From contig NC_069008.1 in assembly GCF_001194135.2 (NCBI RefSeq), forward strand, positions 15,208,963-15,272,962: a stretch of DNA of 64,000 nucleotides. The letters are read 5' to 3'. Every line of letters starts with the position of its first letter. Position 1 is the first letter of the stretch. Shown piece by piece: positions 17,147 to 34,052 of the stretch. Both the position numbers and the translations under genes were made by a program. This DNA is from Octopus bimaculoides. Taxonomy: Eukaryota. The notes beneath the pieces are model-generated. The model worked only from the letters and a program-made list of their open reading frames with translations. It was not told the origin of the DNA and searched no databases.

Positions 17147-17754
17147 TATTTTTCTCCTCAAATCACAATGTATATATATTGTTCTTGCTTTCTTTCTTAT
17201 AATTCACTCTTTACAAAGAATTTGCTATGTACATCAATTCTTTTCAGTCTTAAAAGATGATAAATATTGAGTATGTATCTTCAGTTATCCCACTGTCATA
17301 TGATATTCTGAAATAATAAAGAAACATCATATTTTACAATATGGAGGCTACTTAAAAAATACAGATTGAAACGTGGAAAATTTACATTTCTACAGAAATA
17401 AACATTTACCTGAACAACTGAACTCATAATTTGACAATGTTGTTCAGCTCTGAGGCATGTCTAACTGAGCACAAATATGATTAAAGACATTCTATTCAGC
17501 CTGTCCTCTCAAGGATTGTATATCTCGGTCTTCCTCATCAAATGCAGTCTTCAATATTCATAAATGCAAGGTGAAATTTAAGGGAAATGTGTTCCTATTT
17601 CTACTAGGTCATGTGACCACAAAGAAGGCTATGAAGAAATGCATGTTGTTCCTGCAGATTCTGCAAATTTTTATCACAGATCAAACAAAAATTAATATTC
17701 ATAAATGAAGAAAAAACAACTGAATTCAAGAAACAAGAAGCATTAACAAAACAT

Positions 17755-18110
17755 AAGTGGTCTGGCAGTGGTGAAGTTTGATTCCCCACCATGTGATTTG
17801 GGGTTGGGTCCTACAGTGCAGCACTTTCAGTAAGTGTCTTCTACAATAGCATCAGTGAAACCAAAGCCATCTGAGTGGACTTGGTTGATGGAAACTGAAA
17901 GAAGACTGTCATGTGTGTATGTGAGTGTATTCTTGTTTTGACATTCTGTGATAGATGTAGACAAGCATCAACATGTCATTTGATTCTCATCTTCCAGGGA
18001 AACATGTCTGGACATGGGAAAATATTACCTTGCTTGGGTGCCATTGTGGGTTGGTGACAGAAAGGGCATTTGTCCTTAACATGAACTCTGTTTGACCCAG
18101 GCAGACATAG
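17755..18110 (+). mobile_element. Old SINE copy in gene D intron, with homologous pieces in E (~23320-23390) and F (~29160-29400)
   Basis: Decayed head (ggtcctacagtgcagcactt...gatggaaactgaaagaag) and a shared downstream block (gatagatgtagacaagcatcaacatgtcatttgattctcatcttcca). Confidence 0.6.
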
Positions 18111-18584
18111 AAAACTACTGTTTTAAATGATAATAATGATTTATATTCTCCTTATTGAGTAGCATATCTATTGATATATCTGTAGACTCAGCTACATATC
18201 TGTCTGTCTCTGTTTAAATAATTATCATTTCTACTTTCCCTTCATTTCATGTATATATCTACCTGTTTTTATAACACCAATAATTTAAACAATGAAAAAA
18301 AAAAATCCCAGAATATAAGACTGTCGGTACCCCAGCATGACCATAGCCTTTTGTCAAGAACATGTAAAAGATAGAAGTGTATGATCCACAGCTATTTGCT
18401 AAGGTTATTTCCCATTAATTTAACTCTCAATCGATACACCTTTTAATTTATAGATCTTCACGACATTGTTTTATGTTAAACATTTCAACTGTGCCTGTGT
18501 TTTGAACACATGAATGCAGAATATTATATAACTTCTACCTTCCTCCTCATTCTCTCTAATAACATAGACCTACACACATCACAG

Positions 18585-18616
<32 letters not shown>

Positions 18617-19390
18617 TATATATTTTATATTTTATATATTTTATATTTTATATATATTTTATATATATATATTTTTTTTTTTTCACTTTTCTTGAAATTC
18701 CGATATAACCGTAATCTACACATTCTGAAAGTTGTGAAGAAACTAAATCGACGCGTGTGAATTTATAGAAACCTTTTTTCCCCAGGGAAAATTTATTTTC
18801 ACAAATTCTGATGTAATCGGAATCTACACCTCCTGACAGGTATTTGTAGAAAATTTCCTTTCAATAAATACATTTTTCGGAAAGTTATGAGGAAACGAAT
18901 TGCTGATGTATTAGGCATACATCAGTAGCTGTACCAAGAAACAAACATTCGATTAATTATAATTAAGTACAGGTTTCTAAACTCAAAGTGTTGTAGTATA
19001 TTTCAGGATATTTCTAAACTGAAGTGTTCTAGTATATTTGAGGATATTTCTCAAACTAAAACCTGCAACAAACTAACGGGGCAACAATAGAGAATGTTGA
19101 AGGTAGCTTCCAGGTAGAAATAGCAGCTAAATCTTGCACAAATCATAGACATCTGCTATCATTAAAAGATGACTGAGAAACAAAATGATACGTCAAAACA
19201 GAATTAAAAGATTAAATATTCTCATTGTTTAATACTTACAGAAATGTTTCATGAAAGAAAGACTTGTTATAAAGTGTGTGTATAATATGTATTAAACGTA
19301 CTTTAAGTGTGTAAGTTTGTGTGTACTTGTAAAAGTTAAATAAGAGACACTGACGCACAAAACAAATTTGTTTCAATGTGCAAGTGAATG

Positions 19391-19415
19391 CGGAAGTACA
19401 GTTAATGCGCATGCG
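19391..19415 (-). promoter_or_regulatory. ETS + NRF1 element, gene D
   Basis: cggaagtacagttaatgcgcatgcg; donor at 19234-19239. Confidence 0.72.
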
Positions 19416-20883
19416 TCTCGTTTAATAAAACACATATGGGAGGTAACTCTTGTTGGAATTTCTAACCGTAATCCAGTTTTTTATATTTCTGACAAAAATT
19501 TTCTTCGATAAGTTTTAGGTATTTTATATGAAGGTTTCACACTTAATTTTGAAAGAAGAATTAGTTCTCTTTCCTTTAATCATGAGCTCTACAAACGATG
19601 ATGATTTTAATTTCTACTTTTCGATGATGCATGGGTAAGAGTTTCTATCGTCTGCTGGCATACCTCGAGACAACAGCCACATGTTCCAAGCGAGCTTGTG
19701 TCACTCTCCGCCGAGCAACAAATATCCCTCTCTTGATTACATGAACTGGAAATCAAATGACACCAGCTCAATGAGTCAGGATGCAGGCAAATGACAGAGG
19801 TTTGAATCGAATGAATGGATGGGTGAGGTGAGTGTTTCTTTAAGAAAAATTAAACTTTAAAAAGATATATTTCCCAGATTCGTAATCCCTATTTTTCTAC
19901 ATGGATAACAAAAATATTCGTAAAAATGTTACAAATCAAGAAATTGCTGTGGGAACGAGGGAAAATTTCCAATGATTCCATGCTATGGGGGGGGGGGNNN
20001 NNNNNNNNNNNNNNNNNNNNNNNNNNNNNNNNNNNNNNNNNNCCGGTTTTCCCATCCCCTCTTTTTTTCGAATAAAAATAAGGGGTCTGCTGCATATTAG
20101 GAAGTCAGAGTACTTGATTCCATGCAGAAAATGAGGGTGGGGGTGAAATTTCTGACGCTTCTACCTTACCCCACCCTGTTTTTGGACCCCAAAAATGGTT
20201 TTGTAGTATATTAGATCACCAGAACTTATTCAACATAAAAAAATTTTTCAATGATTCCAGATGGGGTAGGGGGTCCGATTCACCCTTTTTTTCCAAACAA
20301 AAATAAGGAGTTTGCAGAATATTAGGCAGTTAGTGTACTTGATTCCACGCAAAAAAAATATTTTTTCTTTGATTGTAAACTAGACCCTTGTTAAATTGAA
20401 TATAAAAAACAATTTTTCAGAAAGTTATGAGAAGAGGCTGTTGTGGAGCACTAAACTATAGTTATACCCAATGTCTTTCGGTTGTGGCCACTTTGTTTTG
20501 TACTAGAGGTTATTTTGTACATATCTGACAACTTTACTATATTCCTGTCAATGAAAAAGCCTTAAATTATGTTATCATTAACATATTTAATGAGTGAAGC
20601 ATTTCAAAATTAATAAACAATAAATTAAAAAATTAAAATTAATAAAATATAAATTGTGGAAGTGATAATCAACAAAGAACCATGTGTAAGATTGCCAGGA
20701 GGAGGAATTTTCGAATAGAGGGCCCTACATTATGGAAAAGGGCATGAAAGTAGGGGAATGGATGGGGAGAAAATTAGGCAAGAAAGAAAAAAACAAAATC
20801 TTCAGGTTCATTTCAGAGTCATAATTTCCATTATTTAAATCACAGGAATATTATAAAATCGTTTACAAAAGAAACCATACAAA

Positions 20884-22771
<1,888 letters not shown>

Positions 22772-25156
22772 TCACTCTTTACAAAGAGTTTGCTTTGTAC
22801 ATCAATTCCTACCAGTCTTAAAAGATGATAAATATTGAGGATGTATCTTCAGTTATCCCAATGTCATATGATATTCTGAAAACATAAAGAAACATCAGTA
22901 TTAAATATGGAGGCTACTTAAAAAATACAGATTTAAATGAGGGAAATTTGCATTTCTACAGAAATAAACATTTACCTAAACAACTGAACTCATAATTTTA
23001 CATTATTGTTTAGTCCTGATGCATTTCTAACTGAGCAGAAATATAATTAAAGACTTTCCATCCAGTCTTTCTCTTTAGTATTGTATATCTAAGACTACAT
23101 AATCCAATATAGTCTTCAATGTTCATAAATGAAAGGTGAAATTAAAGAGAAATGTGCTGTTATTTCAAGTTAGAATGTGAAGGAAACCGTGTTGTTTTTG
23201 CAGGTTTGCAGGTCTTACAATTATTTTGCCGCAGATCAAACAAAAATAAACATTGATGAATGAAGAAAAGACAACTGAATTCAAAGAAAACAAAAAAAAT
23301 TAATAAAAAATGTAACTGGTCTGGCAGTGGTTAATAAGATTGATTCCCAAGCATGTGATTCTAGGTTCAGTCCCACAGTGCAGCACTTTGAAATTCTGTT
23401 ATTTTATCAGAACTGTACTTTTAAATATAATTGAAATGCACTTAGAAGTTATTGCCTAGTTATCTTGTCCTAATATGTTTAAGATGAAAATTGAATTAAA
23501 AATATAAAACTTATTCAAATATATAACAACACTTTTCACTGTTAAACTATGACCAAATCTCAGCCTAAGTTATTTACCAATTGAGATTATTTTCATTTCA
23601 TTTCAGTTACCCATCTATTAATATATCTCTTAACCTGTATATCTATTGATATATCTGTAGATTCACCTACATATCTGTCTGTCTCTGTTTAAATAATTAT
23701 TTCTACTTTCCCTTCATCTCATGTATATATTTGTCTGCTTTTATAACACCAATAAACATTTAAACCTAATAAGAAAAAAAAAACATTCCATAAAGAAAAC
23801 AGAAGACTTTGAGTGCCCCAGCATGGACATGGCCTTTTGTCTAGAACATATAAAAGATAAGTGTACGATTGACTGATATTTGCTGAGGTTATTTCCCATC
23901 AATTTAACTATCAATCGAAAAATCTTTTAATTTATAGATCGTCATGACATTGTTTTATTATGCTGAACATTTCAACTGTGCCTTTGAACACAAGAATGCA
24001 GAATGATATAGAACTTCTACCTCCCCTTCACTCTTTCTAATTATATAAAACTTCTACCTCCCCTTCACTCTAATTATATAGTACTTCTACCTCCCCCTCA
24101 CTCCTCCATCCCCACCCACTTTCAAGCGGGCTTTGTTTTATTTTCTTTCCTGACTTCGCTATTTCACTTTGTCTTTATCTCCAATTCTTCCCCTCCCCCA
24201 CAATCTCTTTATGAATATATCTCTCCATCTGATTTATTGTCTTTCTTAGTGTAACAGATAAACAGAACAGAGTAACAAGCGGTATATTATTGTGGATAAA
24301 GCCCTACTTTGACATTTTCATCCCTTTTGTCCCGTTTTTGTTGTTAATTTTCTTCCTTCATACAATGGTAATTATGACGTTGAAAAACCATTGTTTTTCC
24401 CCAAAACTACAATTATGTTTTGTTTTTATAGTTTTATTCCCCTTCACCTCTTCCACACACACTTCTCTACTGATGTCGGAACGTCTGCCTTACCATCTTC
24501 AGTGTAACACATGATTAATGCTTTAAACAGAACACCAGCTGTAAGCATAAGAATTTATCATTTTAGAGAAATCAGAGAAGGAGTTAATGTAAACAGTGCT
24601 GGAGTAATTTGTAATTAGGCGCAGGGTTACCCTACGGATAATCTGAAACCGATGTCAGATGACTGAGAAGCAGCCTGAAATCTTTTAATTTTATTCCAGA
24701 AAGGAAATTGTGGAATAGTCCTCAAATTTTTATCTATGAACAAAATTGTAATCTACATCATAAAAATTTATGAGGAAACCAAATCAGCATATCTACACAA
24801 ATGTGTCCACTGTCCCAAATTTATATCCTCAGAACATCCAGAAAAATGGATATTTTTTGAATGAAAGTTTTACAAATATGCTTAAGATAGTGTAGATTCT
24901 ACTCATATCGGAAATAGTTGGGATAATTTTGTCTGCAGGTGGGGCGAGAAGTTTCGGAAAATTCACACAAATCAGCGTTGTTTCCTTCTTAAATTCAATA
25001 CTTACAGAAATGCTTCGTACAGGAAAGACTTGTTATAGAGCCTGTGTATTATATGCCCATCAAGTATGTGTGTGTCGAGTTGATAAACATATCAGAAGTA
25101 TTCGTAGAAGTTAAGACACACTTCGGAACGAGATGAACTTCCTTTAACATTCAATA

Positions 25157-25182
25157 CGAAAGTACAAATTAAGGCGCATGCG
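25157..25182 (-). promoter_or_regulatory. Degenerate ETS + NRF1-like element, gene E
   Basis: cgaaagtacaaattaaggcgcatgcg (16-bp spacing); donor at 25000-25005. Confidence 0.62.
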
Positions 25183-27560
25183 TATCGGTTATTCGAAACA
25201 CGGGGGGGTAACTCATGTCGGTACCTTTCTGCTTCAAGCAACTCTTCGTTTATCTGTCTCTCTATGTAGCAAAGATGTTCTTGAACTAGTTTCAGATATT
25301 TTATGTGAAAGTAATTCCTCGCAATAACACTGACTATAATCCTGGTTTCACACCTAATTCTGAAAGCAGAATTAGTACTCATTAGCTCTAGAAACGATGT
25401 TGGTTTTAATTTCGACAGTTTTCTATCGTCAGCCACTGGTTCCAAGCGAACGCATAAGAGTCCCTCTCTGTCGAGTAAGATACGTTTTCACGAGGCTTTT
25501 AAGAAACAAACACTTTACACATTACATGTTGTAAATATAAACAATGGTAGAACCATAGTACTTTTTTTTTTTAACCGTATGTTTCGTCTGCATTTGAAGT
25601 GGGTAAACATGTAAATTTACAATTGGAAACATCAACTTGTTTTACTTTCTGATAATTTAAAACTATTACTTCAGATTGAATGTTGTCAAGATAAAATATA
25701 ATTAGAAGTACATTCATAGGCATTGTCGTGGCTGTGTGGTCAGGAGTTTGTTTCGCAACCACATGGTTCTTGGTTCAGTCCCTCTACTTCAGCATTAAAC
25801 TGAATCTCATCTATCTCAAATCTCTAAGTAAATGGGTTGAGTCTTTCAGTGACTTTCATAACCTGCTCCTGTAATTTGATATCTCTGTATTTACTACTAT
25901 AGTATCTCTTTATACCAGTCTTTGGGTATGATGCCTTCCCGTACAACCCTAGGTAGAGGATGACTACACCATATCCTACTCTGCCAAATATTTTAAGAAT
26001 TTCAGAGATAAATCCTGATGGAGAAGGGGTTTTCCCACGCTTTATGATAATTGCTTTACTTATAACATTGCTGTCAACAAGAATAAAGGTACTCTTTGCG
26101 AAGTAGGAAAATTCTCTTTCCCAAATTCATTCTCCATATTTATGAGCCTTTCATAATAGCACTTCCATGTCTCTTTCTTTTCAGCACTAAATGCAAGCAT
26201 GCTATTATCATTCTGCACACATTGCTCTCTCACATCTCAATGTTCTCTGGTACACTGCCTCACAAACCAAAACACCTCATGTCTTTGGTCCTCACATAAT
26301 AGAATATTGGAAAAACTTTGAAGACAAGGACCCCTTGGTTTGAAGAGACACTCATACTAAGGGAGGTTGCCTTGTGCTAGTTGAGAGGTTAAAGTGTAAT
26401 AAAGATATAGAGATAGGTGCCAAACTAGAAAGGAAACACTTGGCTACTTCTGTAGGAAAAGGAAGGAAATCAAGGAGAGATGAAGAGAAATACACCAGGG
26501 AATAGTGGGAGGAATCCAAGTGGTACAGAGGGGTTAGAGGGGGATATTTCAAAAGAATTTCAGGGAAGATGTGACTGTAGCAAGTGACAGTGAGAGATGT
26601 AGGCTTACCCCAGCCATGGCTATGTTAGGTCTGTGAGGGCATGGAAAGTGTGTGGGTAGGCATGTGAATGAAAGTGGCAAGGGCTGCAGCAGGTGGGGGA
26701 GGGGGGGCTCTTAAAAAGATAGCTTGTGGGAGATTTTTGACAGAGGGCAGATATAAGGAGGGATACGGCATGGCTGTAAAGGAGATGCTTGTATATATGG
26801 CCACAATTTTGCTTAACATGTATTCTCAGGTGCAACAAATCACCAGATATCTTGGTCCTTTGTTGTCTCCTCTGTGAGACTCAAAATCTGAAGATCATTT
26901 CTCACCACTTTGTCCTACATCATCCTGGGTCTACTTCTTGAAAAGATCCTCTCCATAATTACAGATAGGCACTTCTTTATGCAGATTCTCTTATCCATAT
27001 GCATCACATGACCATACCAGTGCAATCTTCTATCTTGCACACCAAGCAGGGTCATTTTTCTTTAGGGATTAGTAATTTATTTGCTTTCCTTTTTCTTAGG
27101 ACTCAGGTCTTTGCTAAATTGACTCTAAGGCCCTTTGACTCTCGACCTTGCTTCCACACCTGATTCTTGTCAACAAAAAAGCCATAAATTTTGTTGCTGT
27201 TAACATATTTAATGAGGGCATCATTTAAAAATTAATAAATAGTAATATACAGTAATTAATATACAGCAAACTGGAGAAGTGATATTCAGCAAACACATGT
27301 AGGGATACCAGGATGAGCAGTTTCCGAATACAGGTCCCTACATTATGGAAAAGGGCATGGATAGAGGAGAGGAGAGAAAATTTATAAAGAAAGAAAAAAA
27401 CTGAAATCTTTGGCTATACATTAGTTTCAAAGTCCTAATCTCCTTTACTTAAGTCAGACGAATATTACAAAGAAGACGTTTACAGAAAAAAAACCATAGA
27501 AACTGTAATACGAGTACGTTTATGAGAAGTCACAGTGCTACTGTGAGAGAATGAGTCACT

Positions 27561-28658
27561 TTAGATATCACACTGAAATGGTTTCTCTTCTGTATGAATA
27601 CTTTTGTGTATATTTAAGTCACTAACAACAGAGAATGATTTACCACAGATATCACAATGATATGGCCTCTCTCTAGTATGAATACGTCTATGGACAGTTA
27701 AATAACCGTTTTGAGAGAATGATTTACCACAGATATCACAGCAATATGGCTTCTCTCCTGTATGAATACGTTTGTGACCAGTTAATGTACTACTCTGGGT
27801 GAATGATTTACCACAGATATCACACTGATATGGTTTCTCTCCTGTATGAATACGTTTGTGTGAAGAAAGAGTGCTACTGTCAGAGAATGATTTACCACAA
27901 ACATCACAATGATGTGGCTTGTCTCCTGTATGAATACGTTTGTGTACAATTAAAGCACTGCTATCAGACAATGATTTACCACAGATATCACAATTAAATG
28001 GTTTCTCTCCCGTATGAACACGTCTGTGTTTTTTTAGCTCACTATTTTGAGAGACTGCTTTACCACAGATATCACAATGATATGCTTCCTCTCCAGTATG
28101 AAGACGTTTGTGTACAGTCAAAGCAGAACTGACAGTGAATGATTTACCACAAATATCACAGTGATATGGTTTCTCTCCTGTATGACAACGTTTGTGTGCA
28201 GATAATGTACCATTCTCACTGAATGATTTACCACAGATATCACAATGATACGGCTTCTCTCCTGTATGAATACGTCTGTGAGCAGTTAAATGAGCACTTT
28301 GAGAGAATGATTTACCACAGATACCACAATGATACAATCTCTCTCCTGTATGAATACGTTTGTGTCTAGTTAAGTGACAACTGCGATAGAATGATTTACC
28401 ACAGACATCACAAGGATATAGCTTTCCTCTTGTATGAATATATTTGTGTACAGTTAGGCTACGTTTCAGAGAAAATGATTTACCACAGACATCACAGTGA
28501 TACAGATTCTCTCTTGTATGAATATGTTTGTGTTCAGTGAGGTCACTTTTTCGAGAGAAGGACCTTTTACAGACATCACAGTCATATGAAGACTTTCTTA
28601 TCTCTTTTATCATGTCTTCATGAGAAATCAATTCTTCAACCTCCTCACTCTTTTCCAT
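27561..28658 (-). CDS. C2H2 zinc-finger gene F, 12 fingers
   Basis: Open frame from MEKSEE with 12 fingers. A 13th finger is cut by TAA at its second Cys codon, with helix relic HSSTVTSH after it. Confidence 0.92.
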   Translation of the reverse strand: MEKSEEVEELISHEDMIKEIRKSSYDCDVCKRSFSRKSDLTEHKHIHTRENLYHCDVCGKSFSLKRSLTVHKYIHTRGKLYPCDVCGKSFYRSCHLTRHKRIHTGERLYHCGICGKSFSQSAHLTAHRRIHTGEKPYHCDICGKSFSENGTLSAHKRCHTGEKPYHCDICGKSFTVSSALTVHKRLHTGEEAYHCDICGKAVSQNSELKKHRRVHTGEKPFNCDICGKSLSDSSALIVHKRIHTGDKPHHCDVCGKSFSDSSTLSSHKRIHTGEKPYQCDICGKSFTQSSTLTGHKRIHTGEKPYCCDICGKSFSQNGYLTVHRRIHTRERPYHCDICGKSFSVVSDLNIHKSIHTEEKPFQCDI

Positions 28659-29881
28659 TATTTTTCTCCTCAAATCACAATGTATATATATTGTTCTAGC
28701 TTTCCTTCTTATAATTCACTCTTTACAAAGAATTTGCTTTGTACATCATTTTCTTTCAGTCTTAAAATATGATAAATATTGAGGATGTATCTTCAGTTAT
28801 CCCAGTCATATGATATTCTGAAATAATAAAGAAACATCAGTGTAAAATATGGAGGCTACTTAAAAAATAGATTCAAAAATGGAAAATTTACTTTTCTACA
28901 GAAATAAAGATTTACCTGAACAACTGAACTCATAATTTCACATTATTGTTTAGCCCTGAGGCATCTCTTACTGAGCAGAAATACGATTAAAGACATTCCA
29001 TCATGTTTTTTTCTTTAGCATTGTACATCTAGGCCTACATCACCTAATACAGTTTTCAATATTCATAAATGAAAGGTGAAATTTTAAGGAAATATGCTGT
29101 TATTTCTAGTAGGTCATGCCACTACATAGAGAGCTATGAAGAAAACTATATTGTTTTTGATTTGGAGTTCAGTCCCACAGAAAGAAGAAACCGAATAAGT
29201 GTTCTTGTTATGAGATTCCATGATAGATGTAGACAAGCATCAACATGTCATTTGATTCTCATCTTCCATGGAAACATGTCTGGTCATGTGAAAATATTAC
29301 CTTGCTTGGGAGCCAGTGGGGGTTGGTGACAGGAAGGACATCTGGCCATAACAATTCTACCTCAATGAATTCTGTCTGACCCAGGCAAGCATGGAAAAGT
29401 ACCATTTCTAATGATGATGAGTAAATTATATTCAGTTTATGGAGTGGCTTTTCTTGTCACTGACTCATTTTGCCAAATATCATCACCTAACTGTCCAACT
29501 TTTAATGATTGCATAGGTCAGACCCTCACCTATTTCCAAGTAAATGAATATTCTCCAACAGCAGAAGATGTTTACGAAAGAGACAGGGGAGAAAAAATGA
29601 CACTGTTTGCATAATAATGTACTCATTTACAATTATGATATGATGTAAATGTGAGGACACGCAAATGCAGACACACAGATATATGTAACTAATGGGCTCC
29701 TTGAAGTTTTTATATATCAGATCCACTCACAAGATTTTAGTCAAAAATGGAAGATACTGGCCTAAGTTGCCATGCAGTGGGACTGAACCCAAGACCATAT
29801 GTTTGGGAAGTAAACTTCGTACCCACACTAAACTAATTATCTATGTATATTTTAATAATATTGAATTTTCTATATATTTTT

Positions 29882-30390
29882 CACCATCATCATCGTTTAA
29901 CGTCCGCTTTCCATGCTAGCATGGGTTGGACGATTTGACTGAGGACTGGTGAACCAGATTGCTACACCAGGCTCCAATCTGATTTGGCAGAGTTTCTACA
30001 TCTGGATGCTCTTCCTAACGCCAACCGCTCAGAGAGTGTAGTGGGTGCTTTTACATGCCACCGACACGAGGACAGTCAGGTGGTACTGGCAACGGCCACG
30101 CTCAAAATGATGTATTTTACGTGCCACCTGCACAGGAGCCAGTCCAGCGGCACTGGCAACGATCACACTCGAATGTCTTTACACGGGCCACCGGCACAAA
30201 TGCCAGGAAAGCGACGCTGGGCACAGGTGCCATCACAATTTCGCTTGCCCCAACAAGTCTTCACAAGCCGAGGTTCGTGTCCAATGAAGGAAACGACGTT
30301 GGGATGGGTGCCAGTTGTCGAATTTAGTTCGATTTCGATTTCACTTGCTTCAACAGGTCGTCGCAAGCGGAGTTTGGTGTCCAATGAAGA
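29882..30390 (-). mobile_element. 3' end of an RTE-like LINE with (GAT)n tail
   Basis: Reverse complement of the ccaacccatgctagcatggaaagcggacgttaaacgatgatgatg tail and 3' UTR also seen at 49547-50383. Confidence 0.8.
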
Positions 30391-31154
30391 AAAATGGTTC
30401 ATATTTGGTTGATTAAAATTGTAATGGCAAGTATTTATTGACCTTTTTCTTTCCTTTAAAAATCGCGGACAACCCAATACATTCCGAAAGGTATTTGTTG
30501 TAAATTTCATTACAAATATCCCCATTTTTCTAAACGTTGTGAGGAAACTAAGTCGACATGTGTGAATTTACCAAAACTTTGGCGAAAGTAAAGAATACAT
30601 ACACTCGGCGGTTCGGGGTCTTACATCACCTGACGGGTATTTGTAGAAAATTTCATTTGAAAAAAATCTATTTTTCAGAAAGTTATGCGGCAAAGAATTG
30701 CTGATGCGTTGGACACACATCAGTCGTTATACCAAGAAACACACATTTGAAAAATTAGGATCTGTTCAGTCCCATAAATTATAGCAAAGTGTTGGCTGGA
30801 GTCTATTTCAGAGTATTTTTCGAACCAAAACACACAAATTAACGGGGCAGCGATAAAAAGTGTTGGAGGTGGTTTCCACAGGCAGAAATAGCAACAAAAT
30901 CTCGAACAAATTATGGACATTTCTCATCCATAAAAGATGAGAAAGATACAAAGAATCGACACGTCTACAGAATTAAAAAATTAAATATTTTCATTGTTTA
31001 ATACTTACGGAAATGTTTCGCACAGGAAAGAGTTGCTACAGAGTGTGTATATTATATGTACTCGAAGTGTGTTTGTAAAGCTGAGAAACGTATTGAAAGT
31101 GTCTGTAGAGGTTAATTAAAAGACACTGAGGAAGGAAACAAACAAACTCCGATG

Positions 31155-31179
31155 CGGAAGTACAATTAAGGCGCATGCG
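31155..31179 (-). promoter_or_regulatory. ETS + NRF1-like element, gene F
   Basis: cggaagtacaattaaggcgcatgcg; donor at 31003-31008. Confidence 0.72.
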
Positions 31180-32711
31180 TATGGTTTATATGAAACACAT
31201 ATGGGAGGTAATTCTTGTCGGTACCTTTCAGCTTAAAGCAATTTTTAGTCTGTGTATAACGAAATTTTCTTGCACGATTTTTAGATATTTTATGTCAATG
31301 TAATTCCTAGTAATGACACTGACTGTAATCCTCAAACTCATCCTGGTTTCACACCTAATTCTGAAAGAAGAATTAGTTCTCTTTCCTTTAATCATGATCT
31401 CTGGAAACGATGATTTTAACATCTACGTTTCGATGGTGCAAGGGTAAGAGTTGTCTATCGTCAGGTGACATTCCGGGTGCTAACAGTCACCTATTCAAGC
31501 GAGCTTATAAGTGACCCTCTCTGTCGAGCAACAAACATTTAGTGTTCTGTATTTATAACAATCCCATAGCTAAACTAAGTCCCAGCAACAAAGGATATAT
31601 TCCGTGGGTTAACAAGGTTCAACTGAATTTAACGGCAGATGTTAACGAGGTGGAAAGCCCATTTGATTTCAATGAAGTGTGACACAGGAAAGTCAAGAAG
31701 TTACCTTTATTGTATTCATGAAGCAAAATATGCCAAATATGCTGCTTTGTCACTTCCATTATAGTTTTGAAAAAATAACTGTTAAAATCGAACAGCACTC
31801 TTCAAAACTTGCACTAAAAATAAGAAGATAAAATTAATACCTGCTTTTATGGCAAGTTGCTGCAGGTAGTTTATACCATCCCCCTCTAACATTTAGTTCA
31901 TGCAATTGGAAAAACCGGATTATGGGTTGACCCAATAGAATATAAATCATCTCCCTCTCTTTCAGTTGCGTTTCTTTTATTTTTTTCATTGATTCCACTA
32001 TTTCTGAGTTTGTCTCCATTTGCTTTCTCAATAAATATTTCTCCATTCCAGACATTACCTCCCTAACCATAAGCATAACACACGCCCAAAATTGACCAAA
32101 ACAACAAGAATAATATTATAAGATAACATCTTGTTTTGATATTTTTTTCCTTTTATTCTTTGTTTTTGCTGTTAATAGTTTTGTGTTTCACATAATGGAA
32201 TTCACGACTGAAAAATTATTTTATTTCTGGAAAACGCACGTAAGGAAGGAGAGCAGTCTCTACATTCGTGTGCTACCCTTTTCAGGAAGATGTTGAGGTT
32301 GATTCACTCACATCAAAAATTGCAACACTGTTTCACCTGAACTCTTCTGGAGTGGAGGATGAGATTTTTACACTACAGGCTGACATTCAGCTGTAATCCA
32401 GGGCCCATGGACAGTTCTGGAACTTACTCACAGAGGAGAAGTACCCCAACATGAAATATTTAAAAGTTTATAAAGAATAAATATACAGAAAATTATGTGA
32501 AGAGTTGCCTAGATGAGGAGTTCCAGTACAGAAGTCCCTAATTCATAGGAAACAAAATGGGCATGGGGGTGGGGTGGCCAAAAGAGTGCAAAAGACAAAA
32601 TAAGGAAAAAAGGAATTGTTGAAAATACATTATTTTCAGTCATAATTTCCATTACATAAAACAGGAATATCCAAAAGTAAGAAAAAACAAAAATACCAAA
32701 AGCCATACAAA

Positions 32712-34052
32712 CTACCCATTTCCTTTCTCTCCAGTATGAATACATTTGTGTTTAGTTAAGTGACTACTGTAAGAGAACAATTTACCACAGACATCACAGT
32801 GATAAGGCTTCTCTCCTGTATGTGTACGTTTGTGTGGAGTTAAGGAACTATTTTGAGAGAAGGATTTGCCACAGATATCACAGTGATATGGTTTCTCTCC
32901 TGTATGAATACGCTTGTGTTTTATTAAGTTACTATTTTGAGAGAATGATTTATTACAGATATCACAGCAATGTGTTTTCTCTCCTGTGTGAGTACGTTTG
33001 TGTAAAGTCAAGGCATGACTGTCAGAGAATAATTTAGCACAGACATCACAATGATATACCTTCTCTCTTTCATGAGTACGTTTGTGTGAAGTCAAGGTAC
33101 TACTCTCAGAGAATAATTTATCACAGACATCACAGTGATATGGCTTCTCTCCTGTATGAATTCGTTTGTGTTTAGTTACATCACTACTGTTGGAGAATGA
33201 TTTACCACAGATTACACAGTGAAATGGCTTCTCACCTGTGTGAAAACGTTCATGTATAGTTAAATGACTATTTTGAGAGAAAGATTTACTACAGATATCA
33301 CACTGATATGGCTTTTCTCCTGTATGAATACGCTTGTGTGTAATTAAGTGACCACTCTGGGAAAATGATGTACCACAAATATCACAATGATATGGCTTCT
33401 CTCCAGTATGAATACGTTTATGTGCAGTTAAGTGACTACTTTTAGAAAATGATTTAACACAGAGATCACAATGATATGGTGTCTCCCCAGTATGAATATG
33501 TTTGTGTGTAGTTAAATTATTACGTTTAGAGAAGGAATTACCACAGATATCGCAGTGATAAGGCTTCTCTCCTGTATGAACACGTTTGTGTACAACTAAG
33601 TCATTATTCTGAGAGAATGACTTACCACAGACATCACAATGATAAGGTGTCTCCCCAGTATGAATACGTTTGTGTGCAATTAATTTATTACTTTGAGAAA
33701 ATGATTTACCACAGATATCACAGTGATATGGCTTCTCTCCTGTATGAATACGTTTGTGTGTAGTTAAGCTACCACTCTGAGAGAATGATTTACCACAGAT
33801 ATCACAATGATATGGCTTCTCTCCTGTATGAATACGTTTGTGTACAATTAAGTCAGTATTTTGAGAGAACGATTTACCACAGATATCGCAATGATAAGAC
33901 TTTTCTCTTGTATGAATACATTTGTGCATAGTTAGGTGACATTTCTGAGAGAAGGACTTTTTACAGACATCACAGTCATGTGACAATTTCCTTATCTCCT
34001 GTATTATGTCTTTAGGAAAAGTCAATTCTTTAAGTTTCTCCCTCTTTTCCAT
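32712..34052 (-). CDS. C2H2 zinc-finger gene G, 15 fingers, 446 aa
   Basis: Intact ORF with leader [10 protein letters not shown], 15 fingers, ending EKGNG*. Confidence 0.95.
   Translation of the reverse strand: MEKREKLKELTFPKDIIQEIRKLSHDCDVCKKSFSQKCHLTMHKCIHTREKSYHCDICGKSFSQNTDLIVHKRIHTGEKPYHCDICGKSFSQSGSLTTHKRIHTGEKPYHCDICGKSFSQSNKLIAHKRIHTGETPYHCDVCGKSFSQNNDLVVHKRVHTGEKPYHCDICGNSFSKRNNLTTHKHIHTGETPYHCDLCVKSFSKSSHLTAHKRIHTGEKPYHCDICGTSFSQSGHLITHKRIHTGEKPYQCDICSKSFSQNSHLTIHERFHTGEKPFHCVICGKSFSNSSDVTKHKRIHTGEKPYHCDVCDKLFSESSTLTSHKRTHEREKVYHCDVCAKLFSDSHALTLHKRTHTGEKTHCCDICNKSFSQNSNLIKHKRIHTGEKPYHCDICGKSFSQNSSLTPHKRTHTGEKPYHCDVCGKLFSYSSHLTKHKCIHTGEKGNG

Noticed and set aside
19860-20400. Internally repeated GC-richer segment near a gap
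   Set aside because: Probably a dispersed repeat (related text near 63590-63715), but ends and class could not be defined.
25092-25445. 117-aa ORF upstream of E (similar ORF at 31228-31422)
   Set aside because: It overlaps the promoter module. Homologous modules in other units are not open and there is no recognisable domain.
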